A DNA stretch of 63,905 bases, the filler included, from Candidatus Aminicenantales bacterium (GTDB lineage Bacteria; Acidobacteriota; Aminicenantia; Aminicenantales; UBA4085): assembly GCA_049515535.1 (NCBI GenBank). It is 5 parts of 5 records of this genome, joined end to end, with 100 filler letters (N's around TTAATTAATTAA, not from the genome) between each part and the next. Parts side by side here need not be neighbours in the genome. Positions count along the whole stretch, not along the records: positions 1 to 27,786 come from JBEKTZ010000002.1; 4 more parts are not named here. The stretch is one strand, 5' to 3'. Below the pieces are notes generated by a model. It worked only from the letters and a program-made list of their open reading frames with translations, searched no databases and was not told the DNA's origin. The translations under genes and the position numbers were made by a program. This document shows positions 1-10,073 of this stretch, one piece after another (within the stretch, counting starts at the first letter, position 1; every line of letters starts with the position of its first letter).

Positions 1-127
1 GCCGGGCCAGAGACCGGATGAACTCAGAGCCGGGGATGATGTCGCCATAGCAGATCGCTTTGCGGGAGTACATGCCCCCCATCATACTTGACTAGTGTAG
101 TGTCCACCATGTATCTGACCCAGCACA
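1..127 (-). mobile_element. Left end of an IS481-family insertion sequence (terminal IR 100-127 plus first codons of the transposase), running off the window start
   Basis: 100-127 GTGTCCACCATGTATCTGACCCAGCACA is nearly identical to the IR at 39974-40000 (GTGTCCGCCATGTCCTGACCCAGTACA), which follows an integrase-core C-terminus. The element end reads TGT on the minus strand. A minus ORF starts at 73 (MYSRKAICYGDIIPGSEFIRSLAR...). Confidence 0.7.
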
Positions 128-331
128 GGAGGCGGCTCGGAGCCGAAGATCCTCGTCATCGCTCATCGTCATAAACCCTATCCGCGAATCCGTGCGCCGA
201 ACGGATGGACATCATGTTTTTACGCTGATCCGTCTGATCGGATCTTGAAATTGCCGGTTGAATTCAATACAGTTGGATATGAAAATGAACCATCTTTTCT
301 CGCGCTCCACATTTTCTCAAGGAGGTCAAAC

Positions 332-2989
332 ATGAAAAAAATATTTTCCATAGCAAGCTGCCTTTTCTTGATTCTGGCCGCGGCGATCGCGTCGCAGACC
401 AAGACAAAAACCATCCGGCCCGACGGCGATAGAGCCCTCGAACACGTTAAATTCCTCGCCTCCGACGCGATGAGAGGAAGGAAATCCGCGACGCCGGAAT
501 TTCAGAAGGCCGCGGACTATGTCGCGGCTAAAATGAAAGAATACGGGCTGCGCCCGGGAGGCGAGAACGGGACCTGGTTCCAGGAGGTTCCCTTCAAGAA
601 CTGGACGGATTTCGAACAACCGCTCAGGCTGGAAATCCTTTCTCCCGAGCGGCGGATTTATTTTCCCGGGCGCGGGCGCGATTTCACTCCCGTGAACGGC
701 ACGGGTTCAGGGATCACAAAAGGGCCGTTGATATTCGCGGGCTACGGCGTCGTATCCGAAAAATCGAAATGGAACGATTTCGACGGGCTCGATCCGAAAG
801 GCAAAATCCTTCTTCTCCTTCCGGATTCGCCTGCCGTTCTTGATGAGGGCGAGAAAAAAGAATGGTCCCTAGAGAAAAAGATCAAGCTGGCTCAGGAAAA
901 AGGGGCGATCGGGATCATCGAGATGGACCTTTCGGAACCGGGCCAGGCTCCCGTCCGTCGCCCGGCCTCTTCAGTGTCGAAACCGGGGACTTGCCCGAAG
1001 GATTTTGTCGTCTTTCGCGCCGGAAGAAATTTCCTCGACGACGTTTTCTATATCTCGAAAAAAAGCTGGAAAGACCTCGTGAGCAAGACGATCCGGCTCA
1101 AGAAAAGCCAGACAGCCTCTTTAGATGCCTCCGTCGAAATGGAGGCCCATTTCATTCAAGAAGACAGAAAATCGGTGAATGTCATTGGAGTCTTACGCGG
1201 TTCCGATCCGAAGCTCAAGGGCGAAATCGTCATGATGGGCGGACATCTCGATCATTTAGGAGTCGGGCTCGATGGGTTTATATATCCCGGAGCCGATGAC
1301 AACGCGGGCTCGGCCGCCGTCTCTCTGGAAACAGCGCGCACTCTCATTGCCGGCGGATTCAAGCCGGCCCGGACGATCGTTTTTGCGGCCTGGGTCGGAG
1401 AAGAAATAGGGGCCGTTGGCTCGCGCTACTACACGGAACATCCGCTTTTCCCCCTCGACAAGACCGTCCTCTATATGAATATCGACATGGTCGGGACCGG
1501 CGATTCGGATCTTTACGTCGGCGGAATGTATGAATATGGGCAGCTCTACGACCTTATCAAGGCGAAAATGGATCCCGAGACGAAGAAAAAGCTTTGCTAC
1601 CGTCTAAATTATCGGGGCTCGGACCATACCTCGTTTTGGGCCAAGGGCGTCGCCTCGATCAGCCTGCGCACGGGAAACGTCCTGACCCGATCCCTGGACG
1701 ACGAGCATCCCGAATACCATTGTCCGGGCGACCGGCCCGAGCTCATCGATCCGGGATTATTGCGGATAGCCGCCCAATACCATTATGATATCCTCATGAA
1801 CCTGGCCAACAGCAAGGAGAACCTGCTCGATCCCAAGTTCCGGACGGAGTTCATCCATAAAGATGCCGCTGTCGTGGACATGCATTGCGACACGATCGGA
1901 CGTTCCATGAGCGGAGAGGATCTCCGCCAGGATCTCGAGAAAGGCCACATCGACATTCCCAAGCTCAAACGAGGGGCGGTGGATCTGCAGGTCTTTGCCT
2001 GCTATGTTCCTGTGCCGGCCAACGACTTGGAAAAATCGCAGGCCGCCAAAAAAGCCTTCGACCAAATCGATGCCTGCCATAAGCTTGCCGTGGAAAATCC
2101 CAATGACCTGGAAATCGTCCGATCGTATGAGGATTTTCAAAAAATCCGGAATAACGGCAAGACCGGCATGCTGATCGCCATCGAAGGAGGCTACGCTATC
2201 GAGAACGATCTCGGCCTTCTTCGGTCGTTCTATAGGCAGGGTGTGCGGCTCATGACCCTCACCCACTGGAACCGAACGGACTGGGCCGACGCGTCGGGGG
2301 ACGCGAAAGCGGAGCTGGGAGGCCTGACCGACTTCGGCGAATCGGTCATCAAGGAAATGAATCGATTGGGCATGATCATCGATGTTTCCCATGCCCATGA
2401 TGAAACGTTTTGGGACGTCATCCGTGTCTCGAGCGTCCCGATCGTCGCATCTCATTCCTGTTGCCGCGCCCTGGCGATCCATCACCGGAACATGAGCGAT
2501 GATATGCTCAGAGCGCTGGCCAAGAACGGCGGCGTCATCGGCATCAATTTTTCCCCCGGATTTCTGAACGCCGAGAATGATAAAAAGCTGAGCGACCTGT
2601 CGGCCGAGATCGCGAAAAGACACGGCTTGCCTGAGGATTACCGGGAGATTATGAAGGCCGAGCCCGAAAAACGGGACAAATTTCTCGCCGAATTTAAGGT
2701 TAAATCCGACCAACTCAAGAAGTCGTTGGCCCCTGTCGATGTCAAGACGGTCGTGGATCATATCGACCATGTCGTCAAGATCACGGGAAATGCCGATCAT
2801 GTCGGCCTTGGGTCGGATTTCGATGGCATCTCCGACACACCGGTGGGATTGGAAAATGCGGGACGGCTTATGAATATCACGAAAGAGCTTATGTCCAGAG
2901 GCTACAAAGAAGAGGACATCCGAAAGATTCTAGGCGGCAATTTTCTCCGTGTTTTCGAGGCCGTGGGCCGGGCTGCCGTCAAAAATTAG
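332..2989 (+). CDS. Secreted fusion of M28 aminopeptidase (with PA domain) and M19 membrane dipeptidase
   Basis: ATG at 332 after AAGGAGG, with a signal peptide. M28 motifs GHLDHLG, GADDNAGS, GEEIG, NIDMVG, SDH, YH. M19 motifs DMHCD, IEGG, DVSH, ASHS, GSDFDG. Confidence 0.9.
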   Translation: MKKIFSIASCLFLILAAAIASQTKTKTIRPDGDRALEHVKFLASDAMRGRKSATPEFQKAADYVAAKMKEYGLRPGGENGTWFQEVPFKNWTDFEQPLRLEILSPERRIYFPGRGRDFTPVNGTGSGITKGPLIFAGYGVVSEKSKWNDFDGLDPKGKILLLLPDSPAVLDEGEKKEWSLEKKIKLAQEKGAIGIIEMDLSEPGQAPVRRPASSVSKPGTCPKDFVVFRAGRNFLDDVFYISKKSWKDLVSKTIRLKKSQTASLDASVEMEAHFIQEDRKSVNVIGVLRGSDPKLKGEIVMMGGHLDHLGVGLDGFIYPGADDNAGSAAVSLETARTLIAGGFKPARTIVFAAWVGEEIGAVGSRYYTEHPLFPLDKTVLYMNIDMVGTGDSDLYVGGMYEYGQLYDLIKAKMDPETKKKLCYRLNYRGSDHTSFWAKGVASISLRTGNVLTRSLDDEHPEYHCPGDRPELIDPGLLRIAAQYHYDILMNLANSKENLLDPKFRTEFIHKDAAVVDMHCDTIGRSMSGEDLRQDLEKGHIDIPKLKRGAVDLQVFACYVPVPANDLEKSQAAKKAFDQIDACHKLAVENPNDLEIVRSYEDFQKIRNNGKTGMLIAIEGGYAIENDLGLLRSFYRQGVRLMTLTHWNRTDWADASGDAKAELGGLTDFGESVIKEMNRLGMIIDVSHAHDETFWDVIRVSSVPIVASHSCCRALAIHHRNMSDDMLRALAKNGGVIGINFSPGFLNAENDKKLSDLSAEIAKRHGLPEDYREIMKAEPEKRDKFLAEFKVKSDQLKKSLAPVDVKTVVDHIDHVVKITGNADHVGLGSDFDGISDTPVGLENAGRLMNITKELMSRGYKEEDIRKILGGNFLRVFEAVGRAAVKN

Positions 2990-2992
2990 GGA

Positions 2993-3832
2993 ATGCCGAT
3001 GAAACCCCGTTATGGCTGCCTTGAAAAGGAATTGACCCATTATACGTGCCATAGGACCCCGCGGCCGCCTAAGATCGACGGCCGGCTGGACGATGCCTGT
3101 TGGCAAAAAGCTCAGAAATCGCCCCGCTTTGTGGATCTCGTCACCGGGGCCCCCGGCTTTCTGGATACCCGGATGGCCGCGCTCTGGGACGACCGGAATT
3201 TTTATGTCGCGTTTTGGATTGAAGAACCCAACGTCCAAGCGCACTTGACCGAGCGGGATTCCTTCATTTGGACCGAGAATGACGTCGAACTCTTCATCGC
3301 CGGCCCGGATGGCTACTATGAATTCCAGGTCAATGCCCTGGGCACGATCTATGAAGTCTTTTATATCTGGCAGGACGCCCATAAAAAGGGCGGCTTTTTC
3401 GACAGGCCTGAATTCGATCTCTATGCTCTTCATGACGTCGACGTCCTAGGCGGCTTTCAGGACGCAAGCCGGCACGGAAAACATCCTCGCGGTAAGAGCT
3501 GGGCGTTTATGGACTGGGATTTTCCCGGGCTGAAATGGGCCGTTCGCGTCGACGGTACGCTGAACGACGACAGAGACATCGATAGGGGCTGGACTGTGGA
3601 AATGGCCCTGCCATGGGAAGGCATGGCTCTTCTCGCCCAGGGCCGTCCCCTGCCACCCCTGCCCGGCGATATCTGGCGTATGGATTTTTCGCGGTTCGAG
3701 GCCCTGTCTAGTTGCGGCCTCCGGGTTCAACCCGACCCGGGATGGGCTTTGAACAAACACGGCGTTTATGATTCGCATATTCCGGAATGCTTCTCCTTCA
3801 TCCATTTTTCGGAAGAGCCCGTCAGATTGTAA
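2993..3832 (+). CDS. Carbohydrate-binding family 9-like (DOMON-like) protein
   Basis: PKIDGRLDDACW, LWDDRNFYVAF, DVELFI, YYEFQVN, GWTVEMALPW, GDIWRMDFSR are typical of CBM9-like proteins. Confidence 0.8.
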   Translation: MPMKPRYGCLEKELTHYTCHRTPRPPKIDGRLDDACWQKAQKSPRFVDLVTGAPGFLDTRMAALWDDRNFYVAFWIEEPNVQAHLTERDSFIWTENDVELFIAGPDGYYEFQVNALGTIYEVFYIWQDAHKKGGFFDRPEFDLYALHDVDVLGGFQDASRHGKHPRGKSWAFMDWDFPGLKWAVRVDGTLNDDRDIDRGWTVEMALPWEGMALLAQGRPLPPLPGDIWRMDFSRFEALSSCGLRVQPDPGWALNKHGVYDSHIPECFSFIHFSEEPVRL

Positions 3833-3908
3833 AGGCCTTGAAACGTACCGGGCTTATGGCCTTTTTCTCGAGTAAAGGGAGGTCGCTCTTTTCATTTTCC
3901 CGGCAGAT

Positions 3909-5297
3909 ATGATATTTTATGATGAGCCCAAGGAATTCGGCCGTAAGACATCTATGTTCAAACAAAAACGGGCGATCATGTGCTTAGGACTGCTGGGCGT
4001 GTTGCCCTTGGCCGTCGTGACCGGCCTCTTTGGCCAGGGCAGCTCGCCTTTTCCCGTGATCCATTACAAGCTGAGGAACGGCCTGGAAGTCATTCTTTCG
4101 GAAGATCTTTCCCTCCCTCTGGTGTCAGTAGCTGTAGCATATAATGTCGGTTCAATCCACGAGCCTCCCGGGAAAACAGGGCTTGCCTACTTGATGGAGA
4201 ACTTGATGTTCTCCTCCGGCTCGGCCAATATCGCCCCCTTCCAGCACTTCAATTTCATCAACCACGCGGGAGGACAGTTCAACGGCGTTGCCGTGGAAGA
4301 CAAGACACTGTTCTATCAAACCGTCCCCTCGAACCAGCTTGGCCTTGTCCTTTGGCTCGAATCGGACCGGATGATGTCGTTGGACCTCAACGAAGCCTCA
4401 TTCGAACAGCAACGGACTTACCTCCTCGAAGATCTAAGCCAAAGACGTGTGAATGAGCCGTATTTCGAAAGCTTCGTCGCCTTCGATCAATATCTCTATT
4501 CGGATTTTGCCCACAGCCATTCCCTTCTGGGATCGGAAGACAACATCCGGAACCTCACCCTGGAGGATGTCAAATCTTTCTATTCGACGTTTTATGTCCC
4601 CAATAATGCCGTCCTTTGCATCACGGGGAACTTCAACGCGCTCCGGACGAGAGAGCTCGTGGCCCGGTATTTCGAAAACATTCCGCCGGGCAAAGACGTC
4701 CCTCAATCCTTTGCGCCGCTGGTCTACACGAAAAAGCCGATCGTCGCGTCGTTTGTCGATCGCTTCGCGGCGGCACCCGCCTTTCATATGGGCTTCCGCA
4801 TGGCCCCGGCGATATCGAACGATCACTATACGTTGACCATTATCGATTATATCCTCTTCCGAGCACGAAGCTCGCGGCTGATCCGGCGTCTCTTGAACCC
4901 CGACAATAAGATCGCCTACCAGGTATCCGGAGGCATCGAGCAAAGAAAGGACCGAGTGACCTATAAAATTTTCTGCGTCGTGAACACGCCGGGGATGGGT
5001 GATCAGTGTCAGAATGCGATTTTTTCGGAGCTCGACAAGTTGAAAAAGATCTTCATTTCGGACGATGATCTGGCCCGTTACAAAACCGTGTTCAGGCAGG
5101 ATTATCTCGGCCGCTTATCCACATCGATGGATAAGGCCATCTATCTCTGCGAGTCCTATTTATCCCTCGGAAATTTCGACGATTTGCCGCTTGAACTCGA
5201 GAAATTCATGAAAGTCTCTCCCAACGATATCATCCCCTTCGTCAATAGATATTTCACGGTGGACAACAGCGTCATCCTCAACGTGAAAACGAGATGA
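3909..5297 (+). CDS. M16 (pitrilysin/insulinase) family protein, alpha-type, zinc motif degenerate
   Basis: LRNGLEVIL, YNVGS, WLESDRM and FYVPNNAVL are M16 signatures. The HxxEH position reads YLMEN. The true start may be 3954. Confidence 0.85.
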   Translation: MIFYDEPKEFGRKTSMFKQKRAIMCLGLLGVLPLAVVTGLFGQGSSPFPVIHYKLRNGLEVILSEDLSLPLVSVAVAYNVGSIHEPPGKTGLAYLMENLMFSSGSANIAPFQHFNFINHAGGQFNGVAVEDKTLFYQTVPSNQLGLVLWLESDRMMSLDLNEASFEQQRTYLLEDLSQRRVNEPYFESFVAFDQYLYSDFAHSHSLLGSEDNIRNLTLEDVKSFYSTFYVPNNAVLCITGNFNALRTRELVARYFENIPPGKDVPQSFAPLVYTKKPIVASFVDRFAAAPAFHMGFRMAPAISNDHYTLTIIDYILFRARSSRLIRRLLNPDNKIAYQVSGGIEQRKDRVTYKIFCVVNTPGMGDQCQNAIFSELDKLKKIFISDDDLARYKTVFRQDYLGRLSTSMDKAIYLCESYLSLGNFDDLPLELEKFMKVSPNDIIPFVNRYFTVDNSVILNVKTR

Positions 5298-6763
5298 AGA
5301 AAATCTGGGTCGTTATGGGCATTTTCGTCATCCTCTCGGGGATTCCTCTCTATCCCCAGCAGGAACATTTCCGGAGATTCCCGCCACCGCCCGATCCGCT
5401 CCAGGAATTGAAACTGCCCCCGATCGCATCCGCTCTTTTATCCAACGGCTTGGGCGTTTCGGTCGTCTCCCGCGAAAACGTGCCGTTCATGAGCGTCCAG
5501 CTCGTTGTCTTCGCCGGGGAGGTTTTTTCTTCCGGCAAGCTTCCCGGCACGGCCACTTTTGCCGCCGGCATGTTCGGACGGGGAACGCTGATACATTCGG
5601 CCTCTGACATCGACGAGATCATGGAATCGATCGGTGGGACGTTGTCCGTCGCCGTGAACCAGGACTACGTTCTCGTGACCTTCAATTTCTTGGAAGAGCA
5701 CCTCGATCAGGCCCTCGATCTTCTGAGCCAGATGATCCTCCAGCCCAATTTCGCCGAGAACGAGATCGCCTCTATCAAACGGAGGACAGCTTATGATCTT
5801 ATCGATAAGGAACGGGATCCACAATTCGTCGGCAAACGGACGCTGCTGCGACTGTTGTTCAAGGACCATCCCTATGCAAAACAGGCGTTTTCCAGTGAGG
5901 TTGTCAAGAACTGGAACCAGGCAGACCTCATGGATTTCTTCGATCGCTATTATCGACCCAATAACGCTCACATCATCCTGACTGGAAACATCAGCCTCGG
6001 AGCGGCAACCCGCAAAGTGAGCCATTATTTGAGCACATGGCGGCCTCAGGACATCCCGCCCGTATTTCCTCTCATTCCCAAGCCCCCCGATAAGGACAAA
6101 ATCTGTCTGATCGACGTCCCCCAGGCCAAAAATTGCGCGATTTATATCGGAGCGGCCTTTCCAACGCCCACTGTCCAAGAACGTTTTGACCTGACGGTTC
6201 TCAATCAAATCCTCGGCGGCACATTCGCCTCCCGCCTGTTCATGAACTTGAGGGAATCCAAACAGTACGCGAAGTTCGCTTTCAGCGAAATCAACTTTCT
6301 CAAGGATGGCGGCGTCTTTTTCGCTCAGGCCTTGGACGTCAATCCCCAGACCCTTATCCCCGCGGTTCAGGAAATCCAGAGGGAGATCAAGGCCCTGACC
6401 GGCGAGCCGATCTCGTTCCAAGAAATCGAACAGGCTAAATCTTTTCTCATGCACCACTTTCCTCTTGAAATCGAGCGGTTCAATGACATGGGCGCTCGAG
6501 CAGCCGAAATCAAAGCGCGAGACGGCGGAGACGAGGGCTGGAACAAGTACTATGAGCAGGTCAAGCTCGTCGACGCCGGAAGAGTCTTCGATGCCGCCCA
6601 GAAGTTCCTCCTCCAGCCGTTCTATATCGTCATTGCCGGAGACAAGAACGTCCTTTTCAAGAGTTTCATCGATTTCGACACATACGATGTTTACGACAAC
6701 AAAGGCCAATTTCAATACAGCGTGACCAAAGACAAGAAAGGAGCCTTGAATGAAGCTCGTTGA
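5294..6763 (+). CDS. M16 family non-catalytic (beta-type) subunit
   Basis: LSNGLGVSVV, YYRPNNA, ILGGTFASRLFMNLRE; signal peptide; ATGA overlap with the upstream gene. Confidence 0.85.
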   Translation: MKKIWVVMGIFVILSGIPLYPQQEHFRRFPPPPDPLQELKLPPIASALLSNGLGVSVVSRENVPFMSVQLVVFAGEVFSSGKLPGTATFAAGMFGRGTLIHSASDIDEIMESIGGTLSVAVNQDYVLVTFNFLEEHLDQALDLLSQMILQPNFAENEIASIKRRTAYDLIDKERDPQFVGKRTLLRLLFKDHPYAKQAFSSEVVKNWNQADLMDFFDRYYRPNNAHIILTGNISLGAATRKVSHYLSTWRPQDIPPVFPLIPKPPDKDKICLIDVPQAKNCAIYIGAAFPTPTVQERFDLTVLNQILGGTFASRLFMNLRESKQYAKFAFSEINFLKDGGVFFAQALDVNPQTLIPAVQEIQREIKALTGEPISFQEIEQAKSFLMHHFPLEIERFNDMGARAAEIKARDGGDEGWNKYYEQVKLVDAGRVFDAAQKFLLQPFYIVIAGDKNVLFKSFIDFDTYDVYDNKGQFQYSVTKDKKGALNEAR

Positions 6764-8435
6764 ATGCGTTCCCAACTTCAGCGAAGGCCGGAATAAGGAC
6801 AAGATCCAAGCGATCATCCGGGAAATCGAAACGACTCCGGGGATCAAGCTCCTCGATGTGGACCCGGGAGAATCGACCAACCGCACCGTAGTGACGTTCA
6901 TCGGCTCGCCCGATGCGGCGTTGGAAGCCGCCTTCAAGGCGATCAAGAAGGCCGCCGAAGTCCTGGATATGCGCCAACACAGAGGCGCCCACAGCCGGAT
7001 AGGCGCGACGGATGTCTTCCCCTTCGTCCCCGTCTCCGGCATCACGATGGCCGAGTGCGTGGAACTGGCCCGCGGCCTCGGACGCCGCGTAGCGGCCGAG
7101 CTCGGCATTCCTGTCTATTTCTATGAGGAAGCGGCGTCCAAACCGGAACGGCGGAATCTGGCTGTTATCCGCGCCGGCGAATACGAAGGATTGCCGGAAA
7201 AATTGAAAGATCCGGAATGGGCGCCCGACTGCGGGGACCCCGTGTTCAACGCTAAATCGGGTGCGACCGTCATCGGAGCGAGAGAATTTCTCATCGCCTA
7301 CAATGTCAACCTGAATACCAGGGACAGGAAGCTTGCCGCGGAGATCGCCCTGGATATCCGGGAAAGCGGACGGGCCAAGCGCGATAAGGACGGGAATATC
7401 CTCCGCGAAGACTCCGGAAACGCCATCAAGCTTCCAGGGAAGTTCCCGCAGGTGAAAGCCGTGGGCTGGTATATCGAGGATTACGGCATCGCTCAGATTT
7501 CCATTAATTTTACGAACTACAAGATTTCGCCCATTCCCATCGTCTTCGACGAAGTCGTTCGCCTCGCTGAAAAACTCGGACTTCGCGTCACCGGCAGCGA
7601 GCTCGTGGGATTGATCCCGAAGGAAGCGCTGTTAGCCGCCGGGCGCCATTACCTTGAGAAACAAGGAAAAAGTCCGGGAGTTCCCGAGGAAGAGCTCATC
7701 CGGACGGCCGTCCTGTCGCTGGGACTGAGCGATGTGGTCCCTTTCGACGCCAGGAAAAAAATCATAGAATATCAGTTCGAGGAGCCCGCTCATTTGTTGG
7801 TCAAGAAAAACCTCCGCGCGTTCGTCAATGAGCTGTCCATGGACTCGCCCACACCCGGAGGCGGAAGCACAGCGGCCCTCTGCGGCGCGCTGTCCGCGGC
7901 GCTCTCGTCCATGGTCGCCAACTTAACGGTCGGCAAGAAAGGCTACGAAAAGTCCTTTTCCGACATGAAGCGGACCGCGGTCCGCGCCCAACAGCTGAAA
8001 GACGACTTTCTCGGCCTGGTGGATCGGGATACCGATGCCTTCAATAAGGTGATGGACGCCCTCCGCCTGCCCAAAGCGAGCGAGGAGCAGAAAAAAGAGC
8101 GCGACGCCTCCCTCGAAGCGGCGACCAAAGAAGCCACGCTCGTGCCGTTCCAGACCCTCGAAAAAAGCGTGGAGCTTCTGAAGCTCGCGAAAAAGACGGT
8201 CCTCAAAGGGAATCGCAATTCGATGAGCGACGCGGGCGTCGCCGCCCTGACGGCCAGGGCGGCAGCCGAAGGCGCCTATTACAATGTCCGGATCAATCTT
8301 CCGGGCATCCAGGACGAAACGTTCAGAATCAAGACGAGAAAGCAGGCCGTTTCGCTCAGAAACAAGATCTGCCGGATGGCCGAGACTATCGCCAAACTCG
8401 TCGAAAAAGAATTCAACAAGACGGTGAACGGCTAG
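6750..8435 (+). CDS. ftcD: Glutamate formiminotransferase / formiminotetrahydrofolate cyclodeaminase (bifunctional)
   Basis: MKLVECVPNFSEGR, NRTVVT and HSRIGATDV N-terminus; cyclodeaminase domain SPTPGGGS, SDAGVA, NVRINL. Confidence 0.95.
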   Translation: MKLVECVPNFSEGRNKDKIQAIIREIETTPGIKLLDVDPGESTNRTVVTFIGSPDAALEAAFKAIKKAAEVLDMRQHRGAHSRIGATDVFPFVPVSGITMAECVELARGLGRRVAAELGIPVYFYEEAASKPERRNLAVIRAGEYEGLPEKLKDPEWAPDCGDPVFNAKSGATVIGAREFLIAYNVNLNTRDRKLAAEIALDIRESGRAKRDKDGNILREDSGNAIKLPGKFPQVKAVGWYIEDYGIAQISINFTNYKISPIPIVFDEVVRLAEKLGLRVTGSELVGLIPKEALLAAGRHYLEKQGKSPGVPEEELIRTAVLSLGLSDVVPFDARKKIIEYQFEEPAHLLVKKNLRAFVNELSMDSPTPGGGSTAALCGALSAALSSMVANLTVGKKGYEKSFSDMKRTAVRAQQLKDDFLGLVDRDTDAFNKVMDALRLPKASEEQKKERDASLEAATKEATLVPFQTLEKSVELLKLAKKTVLKGNRNSMSDAGVAALTARAAAEGAYYNVRINLPGIQDETFRIKTRKQAVSLRNKICRMAETIAKLVEKEFNKTVNG

Positions 8436-8486
8436 GAAGGGGCGGGTCTGGACGGCAAAAGTTCTGCCCTCGACAGCCGTTTGCGT

Positions 8487-9302
8487 TCAGATTTTGAACA
8501 TTCTTCGTAAAAGAAAAAAGAACCCGAACAGCACGAAACTGACGAGGACGATCATCCCCGATACGGGAAGGTCCAAGAAAAAGGCCAGGATCAGCCCGGC
8601 AATGACGGAAACGAAGGCCACGCCGCAGGACAGGATGATCGCCGTCTTGAAATTCGATGCCAGCTGAAGGCCGGCCGCGGCCGGGATTACGATCAAGGCG
8701 GAAACCAGGAGAATCCCCACAACCCTCATGCCCAGGACGATCGTGATCGAAGCCAGGATCGTGATCAGAGTGTCGAGACGCCGGACGCGTATGCCGGAGA
8801 CCATGGCGGATTCTCTGTCGAAGGTCAAATACATGAACTTCCGATAATTGCCGATGACGAGCGCGACGACCGCGCCCGCAAGTCCCATCGAGAGCCAAAC
8901 TTCGATCGGATCGATGGCCAGGATCTCGCCGAACAAGTAATTCAAGAGGGCCACGCTGAAATTGCGGGACATCGTGGCCAGAACGATGCCCAGAGCCATG
9001 GCCACGCTGCTGACCACGGCGATGGCCGTATCGCCATGAAGGCCGGCGCTCTCCTTGAGCTTCATGATGACCAGGGAGGCGAGGATGGAAAAGACCAGCG
9101 CGACGGCGAGCGGCATGACCCGCAGAAAAAGGCCGAGAGCGACGCCGGCGAAGGTGATATGCGCCAGGCCGTGGCCGATCATGGCATCTCTCCTCAAAAG
9201 GAGAAAAACTCCGAGAACCGCACAGGCGAGGGCGATGAAGATCCCGGCCAGAAGAGCTCTGTGAAGGAATCCGTAGGTCAGAAGCGCTTGCATGGGCGGC
9301 AT
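8487..9302 (-). CDS. znuB: Zn/Mn ABC transporter permease
   Basis: ABC-3 permease motifs GHGLAH, YLFGEIL, VGILLVSAL; adjacent ATPase and binding protein. Confidence 0.9.
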   Translation of the reverse strand: MPPMQALLTYGFLHRALLAGIFIALACAVLGVFLLLRRDAMIGHGLAHITFAGVALGLFLRVMPLAVALVFSILASLVIMKLKESAGLHGDTAIAVVSSVAMALGIVLATMSRNFSVALLNYLFGEILAIDPIEVWLSMGLAGAVVALVIGNYRKFMYLTFDRESAMVSGIRVRRLDTLITILASITIVLGMRVVGILLVSALIVIPAAAGLQLASNFKTAIILSCGVAFVSVIAGLILAFFLDLPVSGMIVLVSFVLFGFFFLLRRMFKI

Positions 9303-9305
9303 CGC

Positions 9306-10073
9306 CTAGTGTTGATGAGAAACGAGGTGGTGCCCGCCGGCCAGCATGCCTTTCATCGTATCCGAACGGCAGAATTCCTCATGGCTTCCGTGATAAACCA
9401 GCCTTTGATTCAAACATGCGACTCGGGATATATGGCGGTCCACGATCCCGATATCATGGGTGATCAGGACGACCGTGATGTTCTCCTTCTTGTTTAAATG
9501 AGCGAGAAGATCATAGAAATGTTCCTGTGTCTCGGCGTCGACCCCCGTGGTCGGTTCGTCGAGAAAAAGGATCCGAGGCCTGTTGACGATGGCCCGAGCT
9601 ATGAAAACGCGCTGCTGCTGCCCTCCGGAGAGTCGGCCGATCCGGCGGTTTTCGAACTCCTGCATGTCCACAACGGCAAGGGCATGGCGGATGGCGGCTT
9701 CTTCTTCCTGGCGTTTCAATGGAAAAATGCGCCGCGAGGGCCGGATGGCCATGGCTACGACTTCCCTGGCCGACGCAGGAAACAAAGGGTCAAAATGCGT
9801 GGCCTTTTGGGGAATATAGCCGATCCTCGGCCAGTCCTCGAATTCGTCGAGGCTCTTGCCCATAACCAGGATCCGCCCTTGAGTCGGCTTCAGCAGTCCC
9901 AGGATGAGCTTCACCAGCGTCGTTTTTCCGGATCCGTTGGGTCCGATGATGGCCAGAAAATCGCCGGAGGTGATCGGCAGGGTCACGTCCAGGAGGACGG
10001 GAGCGTGCCCATAGCCGAACGAGACGTTTTCGACGGAAATCAACGTCCGACCGTCAGCGGCAGGATAGTCCAT
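9306..10073 (-). CDS. znuC: Zn/Mn ABC transporter ATP-binding protein
   Basis: GPNGSGKTT, LSGGQQQR, LDEPT, THD, VACLN. Confidence 0.92.
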   Translation of the reverse strand: MDYPAADGRTLISVENVSFGYGHAPVLLDVTLPITSGDFLAIIGPNGSGKTTLVKLILGLLKPTQGRILVMGKSLDEFEDWPRIGYIPQKATHFDPLFPASAREVVAMAIRPSRRIFPLKRQEEEAAIRHALAVVDMQEFENRRIGRLSGGQQQRVFIARAIVNRPRILFLDEPTTGVDAETQEHFYDLLAHLNKKENITVVLITHDIGIVDRHISRVACLNQRLVYHGSHEEFCRSDTMKGMLAGGHHLVSHQH

